DNA from: an uncultured Candidatus Rokubacteria bacterium
Lineage (GTDB): Bacteria; Methylomirabilota; Methylomirabilia; Rokubacteriales; CSP1-6
Direction: 5' to 3'
Length of the DNA stretch: 64,000 nt
NCBI GenBank assembly: GCA_963758635.1
Contig: CAVWWD010000008.1
Span: 800,001-864,000 of the forward strand
Shown: positions 9,019-20,328 of the stretch, piece after piece
How positions within the stretch are numbered: the first letter of the stretch is position 1
Layout: each line of letters opens with the position of its first letter
Translations under genes and position numbers: made by a program
The notes under the pieces: model-generated
Told to the model about the DNA's origin: nothing
Database searches by the model: none
What the model saw: the letters and a program-made list of their open reading frames with translations, nothing else

Positions 9019-12000
9019 TTACGCAGGCGCGGCGATGCCGGGTGGCGGGGCGGCGGCGCTGGTTACCGGGAGGCCGTCGCAGTAGGTGATCGTGTTGCCG
9101 CGCACGGCGGGCACTCTGGGGCCGGGCGTGATGATGCCGGTGAGGTTGAGGGGATCGACGGCGGCGATCTTCACGATCTCGCCGGTGCGGTCGCGGCGGC
9201 GGGTCGCGCGGAGGGCCTCGACGGCGTCGGGCAGGGCGTACTGCTCGCCCACGAAGCCCGTGACGAAGCGGCCGCCGCGCGCGGTGCCGCGGGCTTCCAT
9301 GCGGCGGAGCGCCCAGAGGATCTCCCGCCACGGCAGGACGAGGCCTTCGCGGACCGCGAGGTCGCGGAACACGACGCCGTAGCGCGCCAGGAGCTGCTCG
9401 GCCACCGCCTCGGCCAGGGTCTCGAGGTCCGCGCTGTCGTCCTCGACCGGCGCGGGCGCGTGCAGCAGCGACCAGCGGCCCTCCCGGCCGAGCGCGAGGT
9501 CGCGGGCCCGCTGGCGGAGGCGGCGGCCGCGCGCGAGCGCGGCGCGCTTGGCCCAGCGCTCCCGCGCGGTCAGGAGCGCGCGGACGCTCCCGAAGCCGTC
9601 GGCGGTGACGAGGCCGCGCGAGACCAGGTCCCAGAGCCCTTCCTCGACCTCCACGCGGAGCCGGCCGGTGATCGCCACGAGGTCGTCGTAGAAGAGCGCG
9701 CCACGCGCCCGCAGGGCCTCGAGCACGTCGCGCGCCGCGCCCTCGCCGGGCAGCAGCGGAGCCGATGCGCCGCGCGACGCGCGGAGCCACCAGCCCAGGT
9801 TGTCCCGAAGCGTGAAGGCGAGCGGCGTCGCCCGTGACGGCACGGCGCCGCCCCGGCCGGCAGGCTCCGCGGGAGGCGGGGCGTCCCCGGTCGCGGGGCG
9901 CGTGGTCAGGCGGCCCCACGCGACCGCGCCGGACAGGCACGCGTCGTCGAGCCACTCGGGACGATACGCGCCGACCCGCGCGGGGAGCACGGACTCCTCC
10001 CAGGAGCCGGCGGCCACCTCGACGCCCTGGAGCTGCTCGATCACCGCGAGCACGCCGCGCCGCCCTTCCACCTGCGTGTCCGGCGCCACGTGCTGCCAGC
10101 GCAGCAGGAAGCGCATGAAGTCCTGCGCGGTGACGGGCTCGATCTCGCGGCGGAGGCGGTCGGTGGTGTACCGGTGGATCCGGGCGAGGAGGCGCCGCTC
10201 GCAGTACTCGACGGCGTCGTCCCCGCGGGCCGGATCGAAGCGCCCCCGCAAGGCGAACCCTTCCATCTCGAGCCGCGCGAGGGCCGCGTCCATCGACGAC
10301 GCCGGCAGGCCGGTGAACCCGGCCAGCTCGGCGGCGGTCGACGGGCCCACGGTGGCGAGATGGCCGCGCGCCACCGCCACCGCGGCGGCCTCGGGGCCGA
10401 CCGGGCCGCGGGTGCGGAGGGTCTCGGGAAGCGTCACGTCGGGATCGACGGGCGCGCCGGGCAGGAGCGCGTCCACCAGGTGCCGGCGCTCGGTGGCGAG
10501 CCAGAGCGGGCCGTCCGGACCCTCGACCCGCGCCGCGCGCCCGTGGCGGACCAGCTCGTCGAACCACGCCGACCACTCCGCGCCCGGCCGCATCAGCACC
10601 AGTCCCAGGAGCGTGTCGTGCAGCTCCTCGGCGTCGCGGGGGCCGGGGCGCGCCTCGTCGCGCACGCGGAGCGATGGCGTCGGGATCGAGCCGGCCCAGC
10701 TCGCGGACACTGTCGGGGAGGCCACGGCGCAGCGCGACCGCGCGCGTGCGGCGCTCCTCGAGCGGCGCGTCGTCCAGGTACGTGTAGGGCCGCCCGTTCA
10801 GGATCTCGTGGGACATCGGCGAGGGCTCGGCGGAGTCCACGAAGTGCGGCCGCACCGCGCCGGTCTCGATGCGCTCGAGGAGCGCCACGAGCCCGTCCAC
10901 GTCGGTGGCCTCGTGCAGGCAGTCGTGCATGGTCTGCCGGACCATCGGATGCTCGGGAATGTCGATGGGCCCGGCGCCTGCGTTCTCCTGGCAGGCGGCG
11001 AGCGCGGGGAAGACGGCGGCGAGCAGGTCGTCGGCCTCCATGCGCTGGATCGGCGGCGGGTTGCGCCGGCCGCCGCGCTGGCGCAGCACCACGAGGGCGC
11101 GGCCCAGGTTCCACCGCCACCGCACCTGGAACATGGGCGACAGCAGGAGCGCCTGGGCGAGCGTGTCCTCCGCGGTGGCCGACGTGAGGAAGCGCGGCAG
11201 CTCCTCGAGCGGGAGGGACTGGCCGGTCCCGAGCGAGATGACCACCGCGTCGTCGCTCGCCGCCGCCTGCAGCTCGAAGTCGAAGCGGCGGCAGAAGCGC
11301 TTCCGGAGGGCGAGGCCGAGGGCCCGGTTGATCCGGCCGCCGAGCGGCGAGTGGATCACGAGCTGCATCCCGCCCGCCTCGTCGAAGAACCGCTCGAAGA
11401 CGAGGTCCTTCTGGGTGGGGATGACGCCCAGCGACTGCTGCGCGGCGGCGAGGTAGCCGACGATCTCGGTGGCGGCCACCGCGCTCACGCCGCACTCCGC
11501 CTGGACCCAGGCCTGCGCGGCCGCGCGGTCTCCAGCGCGAAGCAGGCGGTCCAGGTGGTCGCGGAGGTCGGAGACTTCCCCCGAGAGCTCGGCGGTCCGT
11601 GCCGGCGCTTCGCCCAGCCAGAACGGCACCGAGGGCGGGGCGCCCTGCGCGTCCACCACGCGGACGATCCCTGCCTCCACCCGGCGGATGCGCCACGACG
11701 TGCTGCCGAGGAGGAACGTGTCGCCGGCCATGCTCTCGATGGCCCAGTCCTCGTTCACCGTGCCCACGACGGTGTCGTCGGGGTCGGCCACGACCTTGTA
11801 GTCCGCCGTCTCGGGGATGGCGCCGCCCGAGGTCAGGGCGGGGAGGCGCGCGGCCCGGCGCGCGCGCAGGACGCCGTTGACGCGGTCGTGGTGAAGCCAG
11901 GCGCCCCGCGTGCCGCGGCCCGTCTGGATGCCGTCGGACAGCATGTCCACGACCTCGTCGAAGTCGGCCCGGGCCAGCTCCGCGTACGGCGCGGCGCGGG

Positions 12001-13324
12001 TGACCAGGGCGTAGAGGTCGTCAACCCGCCATGGCTCCGCCACCGTCGCGGCCACGATCTGCTGAGCCAGGATGTCCAGCGGCGCCACGGGCGGCAGGAC
12101 GCGGTCGAGGCGCCCCGCACGCACCCCGCGGAGCAGCGCCGCGCTCTCCACCAGCTCGTCGCGCGTGGTCGGGTAGAGCCGGCCCTTCGGCGTGGCCCCG
12201 CGCGCGTGCCCCGAGCGTCCCACGCGCTGGAGGAACGTGGCGAGGCTCCGCGGCGAGCCGATCTGGCAGGCCAGCTCAACGGGACCGATGTCGATGCCCA
12301 GCTCGAGCGACGCGGTCGCGACCAGGACCTTCAGGTCGCCCGCGCGCAGCCGCGACTCGAGGGTGAGCCGCCGGCCCTTCGAGAGGCTCCCGTGGTGCGC
12401 CGCGACCTTGTCCTCGCCCACGCGCTCGGCGAGGAGGTGGGCGAGCCGCTCGGCGAGCCGGCGCGTGTTCACGAAGACCAGCGTGGTGCGATGCTGGGCC
12501 ACGTGCCCGGCGATGCCGTCGAGGATCTCCCCCCACTGCTCGTGGGAGGCCACGGCCTCGAGCGGGGTCTGCGGCAGCTCGATCGCGAGGTCGAGCGCGC
12601 GCCGGTGTCCGAGGTCCACGATGCGGCACGCCGGACGGCCCTCGGCGTCCGTTCGCCCGGGGCCCGCGCCCACGAGCAGGCGGGCGATGGTCTCGATGGG
12701 GCGCTGGGTCGCGGACAGGCCGATCCGCTGCGCGCGCCCCCCGCAGAGCGCGTCGAGGCGCTCGAGGGTCAGGGCCAGGTGGGATCCGCGCTTGTCGCGC
12801 GCGACGGCGTGGATCTCGTCGACGATGACCGCGCGCACGCGGCGGAGGCGCTCGCGGCTCCGGCCCGCCGTCACCAGGAGGTACAGCGACTCCGGGGTGG
12901 TCACCACCAGGTGCGGGGGGCGCTTGATCATGGCGGCCCGCGCGGACGAGGGCGTGTCGCCGGTACGCAGGAGGACCCGCAGCTCCGGCACGTCGAGGCC
13001 CAGCTCGCGCGCGGTGGCCCGGATCTCGGATAGCGGCGCCCGCAGGTTCTGCTCGATGTCGGCGGCGAGGGCCTTGAGCGGCGAGACGTAGACGACCTCG
13101 GGCCCCTCGTCGTCGTCCGGGGACGGGGGACGCCGCATCAGCCGGTCGATGGCCACGAGGAACGCGGCGAGCGTCTTGCCGGAGCCCGTCGGCGCGGCGA
13201 TCAGGGTGTCGTCGCCGGCGGCGATGGCGGGCCAGCCCGCCTCCTGGGGCTCGGTCGGGCCCAGGGGGAATCGCCGTTCGAACCAGGCGCGGACGGCGGG
13301 ATGGAACGATGCCAGCGCGGACAT
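9019..13324 (-). CDS. lhr: Lhr-family DEAD/H ATP-dependent helicase, long form (frameshift near 10670)
   Basis: APTGSGKTLAAF, SPLKAL, TTPESL, IVDEIH, GLSATQRP, ATASLELGID, QRVGRSGH; C-terminal part in ORF 9019-10725 ending AVDPLNLTG. Confidence 0.93.
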
Positions 13325-13378
13325 GCGCGTGAAGTGTACCAGAGCCCTCGCGGGCCCACCGCCGGCCGCGGCGCACCA

Positions 13379-13423
13379 GGGTCAGGTCTTGAAATACGAC
13401 AGATGCTGCAATTCAAGACCTGA
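13379..13423. repeat. REP-like palindrome GGGTCAGGTCTTGAA...TTCAAGACCTGA
   Basis: Same family as 8627-8722, shorter spacer. Confidence 0.8.
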
Positions 13424-13515
13424 ATGTGCGGGCGTGACCGTGAAGGCGCGGGTGGATGGGGCCGGGCAGAACGCGGTAGCAATGCCGGGGGACATGGAGT
13501 AAGACAGGGGCCCAG

Positions 13516-14326
13516 ATGAACCGTCGCGCGCTCGGACGCCTCGCCTTGAACGCCGCCGCCGCGGCATCGCTCGGCCTGATCCTGCTGCCGCTGGTGTTCG
13601 TGGTGTGGCTCGCCTTCTTCCGTCAGGCGATCCCGTCTTTTCCGCCCCAGGGCTACAGCTTCAAGTGGTTCCTCGCGATCTCGGAGAGCCCGCGCTTCGT
13701 GGACGGGTTCTGGCTGAGCCTGAAGATCGCGGTGACGGCCATGCTCATCGGCCTGGGCGGGGGCGTGCCGGCGGCGCTGTGCCTGGCGCGCTACCGGTTC
13801 CGCGGGCGGGAGCCGCTCGGGAACCTGCTCCTGCTGCCGCTCATGGTGCCCGGCATCGTGCTCGGCACCTCGCTCTACGTCTTCCACGTGGAGGCCACGA
13901 TCGCCACGGGGCTCCCGATCCTGGGCTCGATCGCCGCGCTCATGGCCGGCCACGTCCTCATCGTGATCCCGTGGACGGTGCGGCTGGTCAGCGCGAGCCT
14001 CGCCGGGCTCGACCGGAGCATCGAGGAGGCGGCGCAGAGCCTCGGCGCGCGGCCGCTGACCACGTTCCTCCGCGTCACGCTGCCGAGCCATCCGGCCCGG
14101 CATCGTGGCCGCGGCGCTCTTCGGCTTCGTGGTGTCGTTCGGCAACCTCGAGATGTCGATGTTCCTGGTGGGGCCCGGCCGCACCACCCTGCCGATCACG
14201 ATCCTCCAGTACCTCGAGTACCGCATCGATCCCACGATCGCCGCGGTGTCGGTGCTCCAGATCCTGCTGATCGGCGGCGCCATGGCCGTGACCGACCGCT
14301 TCGTGAAGCTCTCGCGGGTGGTGTGA
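13516..14326 (+). CDS. ABC permease, PotC-like (frameshift near 14090)
   Basis: EAA loop SIEEAAQSLGA; C-terminus in ORF 14105-14326. Confidence 0.88.
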
Positions 14327-14327
14327 G

Positions 14328-15416
14328 GTGGCCCGCCTCGAGGTCGCCGGCCTGTCGAAGCACTTCGGCGCCACCGTGGCGGTGAGCGACGTCTCGCTCG
14401 ACGTGCGCGACGGCGAGTTCGTCGTGCTCCTCGGGCCCAGCGGCTGCGGCAAGACCACCACGCTCCGCATGGTCGCGGGGTTCATCGCGCCCACCGCGGG
14501 CCGCGTGCGCCTGGGCGGGGTGGACGTGACCGCGCTGCCGCCGTGGAAGCGGAACGCCGGCATGGTGTTCCAGAGCTACGCGCTCTTCCCGCACCTGACC
14601 GTGGCCGAGAACGTGGCCTTCGGCCTCGAGATGCGCAAGGTGGCGCGCGCGGAGGCGGGGGATCGCGTGGCGGAGGCGCTCCGGCTCGTCCGGCTCGAGG
14701 GGCTGGCCGCGCGCCTGCCGCGCCAGCTCTCGGGCGGACAGCAGCAGCGGGTGGCCCTCGCCCGCGCCCTCGTGATCCGTCCCGACGTGCTGCTGCTCGA
14801 CGAGCCGCTGTCGAACCTCGACGCGAAGCTCCGCGAGACGGTGCGGGTGGAGATCCGCGAGCTCCAGCACGCGCTCGGCATCACCACGGTGATGGTCACG
14901 CACGACCAGGAGGAGGCGCTGATCATGGCCGACCGGCTGGTCGTCATGGCCGAGGGCGCGGTGCGCCAGGTCGGCACCCAGCGCGACCTCTACGAGCGGC
15001 CGGCCGACGCGTTCGTGGCGGGCTTCGTGGGCCGGAGCAACCTCCTCGCCGGGGCGGTGACGGGGCCGGGGCGGTTCCGCAGCGACGGCGGCCTCTCCAT
15101 CGCCTGCGCCGACGGGGCGACGGGCCCCGGCGTGATCGCGCTCCGGCCGGAGCGGCTCGTGCTGGGCGCGGGCGCGGCGGGCCTCGACAACCGCGTGACG
15201 GGCACGGTGGAGCTGGTCTCCTACCTGGGCTCGTCGATCGACGTCCACGTGCGCGTGTCGCCGGCCGACCGCGTGGTGGTGAGCCAGCCGAACCGCGCGG
15301 ATGCCACGCTGCCGAAGGAGGGCGACACGATCGACGTGGGCTGGCCCGCCGGCGCCGGCGTGGTGCTCGCCGCCGGCCGCGACCGGACGGACCGACAACC
15401 GACCGAGACAGCGTAA
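14328..15416 (+). CDS. ABC ATP-binding protein, PotA-like
   Basis: GPSGCGKTT, LSGGQQQR, LLLDEP, TOBE tail. Confidence 0.95.
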   Translation: MARLEVAGLSKHFGATVAVSDVSLDVRDGEFVVLLGPSGCGKTTTLRMVAGFIAPTAGRVRLGGVDVTALPPWKRNAGMVFQSYALFPHLTVAENVAFGLEMRKVARAEAGDRVAEALRLVRLEGLAARLPRQLSGGQQQRVALARALVIRPDVLLLDEPLSNLDAKLRETVRVEIRELQHALGITTVMVTHDQEEALIMADRLVVMAEGAVRQVGTQRDLYERPADAFVAGFVGRSNLLAGAVTGPGRFRSDGGLSIACADGATGPGVIALRPERLVLGAGAAGLDNRVTGTVELVSYLGSSIDVHVRVSPADRVVVSQPNRADATLPKEGDTIDVGWPAGAGVVLAAGRDRTDRQPTETA

Positions 15417-15525
15417 ACGAATGGCGAAAAGGCGTGCCGCGTGTTCGCGGAAGCGCGGTGTTGCTCCGCTTGCTGAAGCCGACATCCCGGTTGCTTGACC
15501 ACATGGACAACAAGGAGGAGAGACG

Positions 15526-16594
15526 ATGACCGAACGTATCGATTCCCGCATCAGCCGGCGTCAGGTGCTCGCGGGCGCGGCGGCCCTCGCCGGGGCGGGC
15601 GCGCTCGGCGCGGCGCCCGGCCTCGCCCAGGGGAGCAAGAGGATCGTGCTGTCCACGTGGGGCGGCGACTACGCGAAGCTCCTGACCAAGCACATCTCGA
15701 CGCCCATCCTGGCCCCGAAGGGCTGGGAGGTGGTGAACGACGAGGCCCAGGTGGTCCAGCGGAAGGCCAAGACGGTGGCGGAGAAGCGGCTGCCCAAGGG
15801 CACCTCCGACATCCAGGCCCTGACCGCCACGGACATCGCCGAGCTGACGCAGGTCGAACGTCCTCGAGAAGCTCGACCACGCCAAGCTCAAGAACGCCAG
15901 GAACCTGATGAAGATCTTCAGCATCGCCGACTCGCCGTACTTCTCGCCGCACATCTTCAGCGGCAAGGTGGTCCTGTACAACCCGAAGCTGATCCCGAAC
16001 GCTCCCAAGGGCATCGACGCCCTCTGGGACCCGAAGAACCAGGGGAAGGTGGGCGTGGTCGACATCCAGCACATCTACACGACCATGGCCGCCGCCCTCG
16101 TGGCCGGTGGCAAGACCGGCGACTTCGACAAGGCCAAGAAAGCGCTCCTCGACCTGAAGAAGCTCAAGCCGCGCATCTATCCGAGCAACGAGGCGCTCGC
16201 CCAGGGGCTTCAGACGGAGGAGGTCGGGCTCTGCATCATGTGGAAGGCGCGCGCGGTGCAGTGGCAGAACGCCGGCGCCAACATCCTGACGGTGGCGCCC
16301 AAGGAAGGCATCATCACCTACGTCTCCGGCTTCGCCGTTCCGAAGAACGCGCCGAACCGGGACGGCTCCTACGCGTTCCTCGACGCGGCGATGGAGCCGT
16401 CCGCCCAGGAGGGCTTCGCGGTCGACATGGGCTATAACCCGGTGGTCGCCAACGCGAAGGTCGCCGCCGACCTCAAGAAGCGCATCGGGTTCGGCCCGGA
16501 GGAGGAGAAGCTCTTCGTCAACCCGGACCTCGCGTTCCTCGCGAAGCACGCGTCCGACGTGAAGGACTTCTGGGACAAGGAGTTCAAGGCCTGA
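15526..16594 (+). CDS. ABC solute-binding protein, PotD/opine-like, Tat-type signal (frameshift near 15855)
   Basis: SRRQVL signal, STWGGDY, LWDP, VAPKEG, VPKNAPN. Confidence 0.85.
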
Positions 16595-16618
16595 GGCGAT
16601 AGGGAGGCGGCGGGCGCC

Positions 16619-17515
16619 GTGGCCATCGGCGCCGAGCGGGTGGGGGCGCTCGCCGCGCGTGAACAGCGCGGCGGGCGCCTCTCCACCGCCGCCGCCCTCG
16701 TTGGGCCCGCCACCATCTTCGTCACCGTCGGCCTGCTGCTGCCGATCCTCATCCTGTTCCGCTACAGCCTGAACGCCTTCGTGCCCGGCAAGCTGATGGT
16801 CGAGGCGCTCACCGTCGAGAACTACGTGCTGTTCGTCACCGACCCGTACTACCTCGCCGCCTTCACGCGCACGCTCCGCGTGGCGGTGATCGTCACCGCG
16901 CTCGCGCTCGTGTTCGCGTTCCCGCTCGCCTACGCGCTGGCGCGCACGCAGAGCCGGTTCAAGAACCTCCTGGTCATGCTGGTGGTGCTCCCGCTCTTCG
17001 TCGGCAACGCCGTGCGCGCGGCGGGGTGGATGACGCTCCTCGGTAACCGCGGCTTCGTCAACGTCACGCTCCAGTGGCTCGGGATCACGGGCGAGCCCAT
17101 CCGCTTCATGTACACGGAGTTCGCCGTGATCCTGGGCATCCTGACCGTGAACCTGCCCTACGTGGTGCTGACCCTCCAGAGCGTGATCGAGGGCATCGAC
17201 CGCGCGGTGGAGGACGCCGCGTTCAGCCTGGGCGCGGGGCCGTTCACGATGGCGCGGCGCGTGCTCCTGCCGCTGGCCCTGCCCGGCGTGGCCGCGGGGG
17301 CCATCTTCTGCTTCATCCTCACCATGAACGCGTACGCCACGCCGGTGCTGCTCGGCGGGCCGCAGTTCACGATGATGGGACCGCTCGTCTACGTGCAGTT
17401 CGCGGCGAAGAGCAACTGGCCTTTCGGGGCCGCGGTGTCGTTCGTGCTGATGACGGCGACGCTCATCCTGACCGCGGCGGCCAACCTCCTGGTCCAGCGC
17501 CGCTATCGCGCCTGA
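16619..17515 (+). CDS. ABC permease, PotB-like
   Basis: EDAAFSLGA loop, NWPFGAAVS. Confidence 0.9.
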   Translation: MAIGAERVGALAAREQRGGRLSTAAALVGPATIFVTVGLLLPILILFRYSLNAFVPGKLMVEALTVENYVLFVTDPYYLAAFTRTLRVAVIVTALALVFAFPLAYALARTQSRFKNLLVMLVVLPLFVGNAVRAAGWMTLLGNRGFVNVTLQWLGITGEPIRFMYTEFAVILGILTVNLPYVVLTLQSVIEGIDRAVEDAAFSLGAGPFTMARRVLLPLALPGVAAGAIFCFILTMNAYATPVLLGGPQFTMMGPLVYVQFAAKSNWPFGAAVSFVLMTATLILTAAANLLVQRRYRA

Positions 17516-17525
17516 GGATGACCCG

Positions 17526-18410
17526 ATGAAGATCACGCTGCTCGGAACCGGCAACCCCGCCCCGTCGCTGTCGCGCATGAGCCCCGGCTACATGGTCCGG
17601 GTCGGTGAGGACCTGATCGTGCTGGACCACGGCCCGGGCAGCCACCACCGGCTGCTCCAGACGGGCGCTCGCGCCGTGGACGTCACCCATGCGTTCTTCA
17701 CGCACCTGCATTACGACCACTTCCTGGACCTCCCGCGGCTGGTGCTGACGCGCTGGGACCACGGCGCCGGGCAGGTGCCGGAGCTCAAGGTGTACGGCCC
17801 GCGGCCGATCCGCCGCCTCGTGGACCGGCTCATCGGGCCCGACGGCGCGTTCGGGCCCGACATCGAGGCGCGGACGAAGTGGGACGCGAGCCTCTACGTG
17901 TATCGGAACCGCGGCGGGGTGGAGCCGCGCCGGCCGCCCGCGCCCGAGGTGACCGAGATCGGCAAGGGCGACACGGTGGAGACCGCGCGGTGGCGCGTGC
18001 AGGCGATCGAGGTGCCGCACGCCCAGCCCCACCTGACGTGCCTCGGGCTCCGGCTGGACTGCGACGAGGGCTCGGTCGTCTACACCGGCGACACGGGGCC
18101 GAGCAAGGCCGTCGAGAAGCTGGCCGAGGGCTGCGACGTGCTCATCCACATGTGCTCGCACATCAGCGGGTCCGTGGACGACCCGGCCACCCGCGCCGGC
18201 ACCAGCGGCCATCTGGACGCGGCCCGCGCCGCCGCGGCGGCGGGCGCGCGCTGCCTCGTGGCCTCGCACGTCTACGACCAGTTCGACCGGCCGGGCGTGC
18301 GCGAGCGTGTGATCGCCGAGATGGCGCGCATCTACGACGGCGTGATCGTGCTCGGCGAGGACCTCATGGAGCTGACCGCCGACCCGCGGAAGCCCGGCAT
18401 CTACCGGTAG
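17526..18410 (+). CDS. Metallo-beta-lactamase-fold hydrolase (RNase Z/AtsA-like)
   Basis: ITLLGTG, THLHYDH, YTGDT. Confidence 0.88.
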   Translation: MKITLLGTGNPAPSLSRMSPGYMVRVGEDLIVLDHGPGSHHRLLQTGARAVDVTHAFFTHLHYDHFLDLPRLVLTRWDHGAGQVPELKVYGPRPIRRLVDRLIGPDGAFGPDIEARTKWDASLYVYRNRGGVEPRRPPAPEVTEIGKGDTVETARWRVQAIEVPHAQPHLTCLGLRLDCDEGSVVYTGDTGPSKAVEKLAEGCDVLIHMCSHISGSVDDPATRAGTSGHLDAARAAAAAGARCLVASHVYDQFDRPGVRERVIAEMARIYDGVIVLGEDLMELTADPRKPGIYR

Positions 18411-18536
18411 CCGTGAAGTCTCACGAGGCGGTCTGAGACGCCGCTCGAACACGGGCCACCGTCCCTTTGCCGATGCCCCTCGCGAACCAGGTGTTCATAA
18501 ATGACCCGCGCGGCCCTCCTCGGGCCGCCACGACGG

Positions 18537-18710
18537 TCAATCGTCGTCGTCCAGCCTGGCGAGGAGGTCGGCGATGCTCGCGTCGCCCGCGGGCGGGCGC
18601 CAGTCGACCTGCACCACCGTGACGCCCTGGGCCTCGAGCGCCTCGGCGAACGCGTCGAGGCCGATGTTCACCACCTGGAGCGGCTGGCCAAGCAGGCTCT
18701 CCGAGCTCAC
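18537..18710 (-). CDS. Small FdrA-associated protein, 57 aa (resembles the N-terminal segment of YlbE/YahG)
   Basis: Manual translation VSSESLLGQPLQVVNIGLDAFAEALEAQGVTVVQVDWRPPAGD..; GTGA overlap with fdrA stop. Confidence 0.8.
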   Translation of the reverse strand: MSSESLLGQPLQVVNIGLDAFAEALEAQGVTVVQVDWRPPAGDASIADLLARLDDDD

Positions 18711-20299
18711 AGGGCGGCTCCGAGGACCTTCGCGGCCACGTGCGGGGCGGTGAGGAGGGCCGCGAAGCGCGCGGCCTGGGCGCTCGACGGCAGCACGTGG
18801 ACGCCGGCGGCCCGCAGCGTCCCGATCTGGTCCGAGAGCCGTTGCGGGTCGTCCTCCGTGCCGACGACCGACGCCACGGCGTGGAGCGCGCGGCCGTCGG
18901 CCGCGGCCCGCCGCCGGGCCTCGCGGACCGCATCGGCAAGCGGCCGCGCCGGGTCGGGATGGGCGACGCGGCCCAGCACCACGTCGAGCAGCAGCACCGA
19001 CACCTCCGCGCTCGCCCCCGCCTCGCGCACGCGCGCGTCCCGCAGCGTCGGGTCCAGCATCGGGTGGGGCCGCCCCACCGTGAACTCGTCCGCCCCCAGA
19101 TCGAGGATTCGTACGCGCCCTGCAGCCCCCTCTCCCCCTGCGCGGGGGAGAGGGGCAGGGGAGAGGGGGGGCCTGATCAACGGGAACAGCTCAAGCGCTC
19201 CCAGGAGCGCTTCGATCAGCAGACGCGCCTCGTGGGCGAGGGTGCCGCCGGTGAAGAGCCCGAGCAGGCCGCCGCGGGCGTCCGCACCCTTCGTCAGGCG
19301 GTCCAGCGACGCACGGACGCCCGCCGCGTCGTCGAACGTGCACGGTGTCCACGCGCGGCCCCGGGCCGTCGCGACGGCGGCGCGCGCCGCGTCCTCCAGG
19401 GTGGCGACCCACTGTCCGGGCGCTCCCGGCCGCGGCCCGACGCCGAGACAGCAGACGACCACGGGCTTGCCGGCGGCGCGGATCGCCTCGTCCAGCCGCG
19501 GCAGCAGCTCGGGCGCGGGCGGCTTCGAGACGAGGAGGATCACCTCGGTGGCCGGGTCGGCGCGGAGCGTCTCGAGCGCCAGGGTCGTCATGACGCCACC
19601 GACCGCGGCCGAGAGGTCGCGGCCGCCGACGCCGATGCCGTGGGAGAGCCCCTCCCCGAGCGCGGCCACCCCGGACGCGACGGCTTGCAGCCCCGTGCCC
19701 GACGCGGCCACGCAGCCGATCCGCCCGCGGGGCACCACGTTGGCGAACCCGAGGCCGACGCCGTCCAGGTAGGCGGTGCCGCAGTCCGGCCCCATGCAGA
19801 GGAGCCGGCGCTCCGCGGCCACCCGCTTCAGCTCGATCTCGTCGGCCAGGGGCACGTTGTCGCTGAACAGGAACACGTGGAGCCCGCGCCGGAGCGCGGC
19901 GAGCGCTTCGAGCTTCGCGTACGCGCCCGGCACGGAGACGACGGCGAGCCGTGCGCCCGGGAGCGCCCGCAGCGCCGTCTCGAGCGTGCGGGGCCGGGCC
20001 GGCCCCGCGCTCTCGCGGACCCGGGCCTGCGCCTCGAGGAGGCTCGCGGCGCGGTCGAGCGCGGCCACCGCCGCCGCGTCGGCGTCGGCCTGCACGGAGA
20101 TGATCAGGTCGCCCGGCGTCGCGGCGCGCGTGTCGCCCGTGGCGAGGCCGGCCGCGCCGAGCAGCTCGTGGTTGGCCGGGGTGCCCATGAGGGCCGCCAC
20201 CTCCCGCACGCCGGGCAGGGCGGAGAGCTCGGCGGCGAGCTGCATCAGGACCATCGAGTCCCGGTAGTCCGAGCGTCGCACGGCGGCGCGAACGGCCAT
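18707..20299 (-). CDS. fdrA: FdrA (acyl-CoA synthetase-like; AllF-like)
   Basis: YRDSMVLM, MGTPAN, FLFSDNV, MGPDCGT, ASGTGLQ, GGRDLS, GRPHPM, GTEDDPQ. Confidence 0.9.
   Translation of the reverse strand: MAVRAAVRRSDYRDSMVLMQLAAELSALPGVREVAALMGTPANHELLGAAGLATGDTRAATPGDLIISVQADADAAAVAALDRAASLLEAQARVRESAGPARPRTLETALRALPGARLAVVSVPGAYAKLEALAALRRGLHVFLFSDNVPLADEIELKRVAAERRLLCMGPDCGTAYLDGVGLGFANVVPRGRIGCVAASGTGLQAVASGVAALGEGLSHGIGVGGRDLSAAVGGVMTTLALETLRADPATEVILLVSKPPAPELLPRLDEAIRAAGKPVVVCCLGVGPRPGAPGQWVATLEDAARAAVATARGRAWTPCTFDDAAGVRASLDRLTKGADARGGLLGLFTGGTLAHEARLLIEALLGALELFPLIRPPLSPAPLPRAGGEGAAGRVRILDLGADEFTVGRPHPMLDPTLRDARVREAGASAEVSVLLLDVVLGRVAHPDPARPLADAVREARRRAAADGRALHAVASVVGTEDDPQRLSDQIGTLRAAGVHVLPSSAQAARFAALLTAPHVAAKVLGAAL
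19125..19171. repeat. CCCCTCTCCCC..GGGGAGAGGGG palindromic repeat inside fdrA
   Basis: gccccctctccccctgcgcgggggagaggggcaggggagaggggggg; encodes PPLSPAPLPRAGGEG. Confidence 0.75.
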
Positions 20300-20328
20300 C
20301 GCGGAGCGCCCCCGTGGCCGCGCCCGCG

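Noticed and set aside
10660..10690. Programmed frameshift in lhr
   Set aside because: No slippery heptamer seen; one of many scattered indels.
9800..13033. Long antisense and alternate-frame ORFs here and throughout (e.g. 36239-38929, 42950-45289)
   Set aside because: Shadow ORFs of high-GC coding DNA; Arg/Ala/Pro-rich with no motifs.
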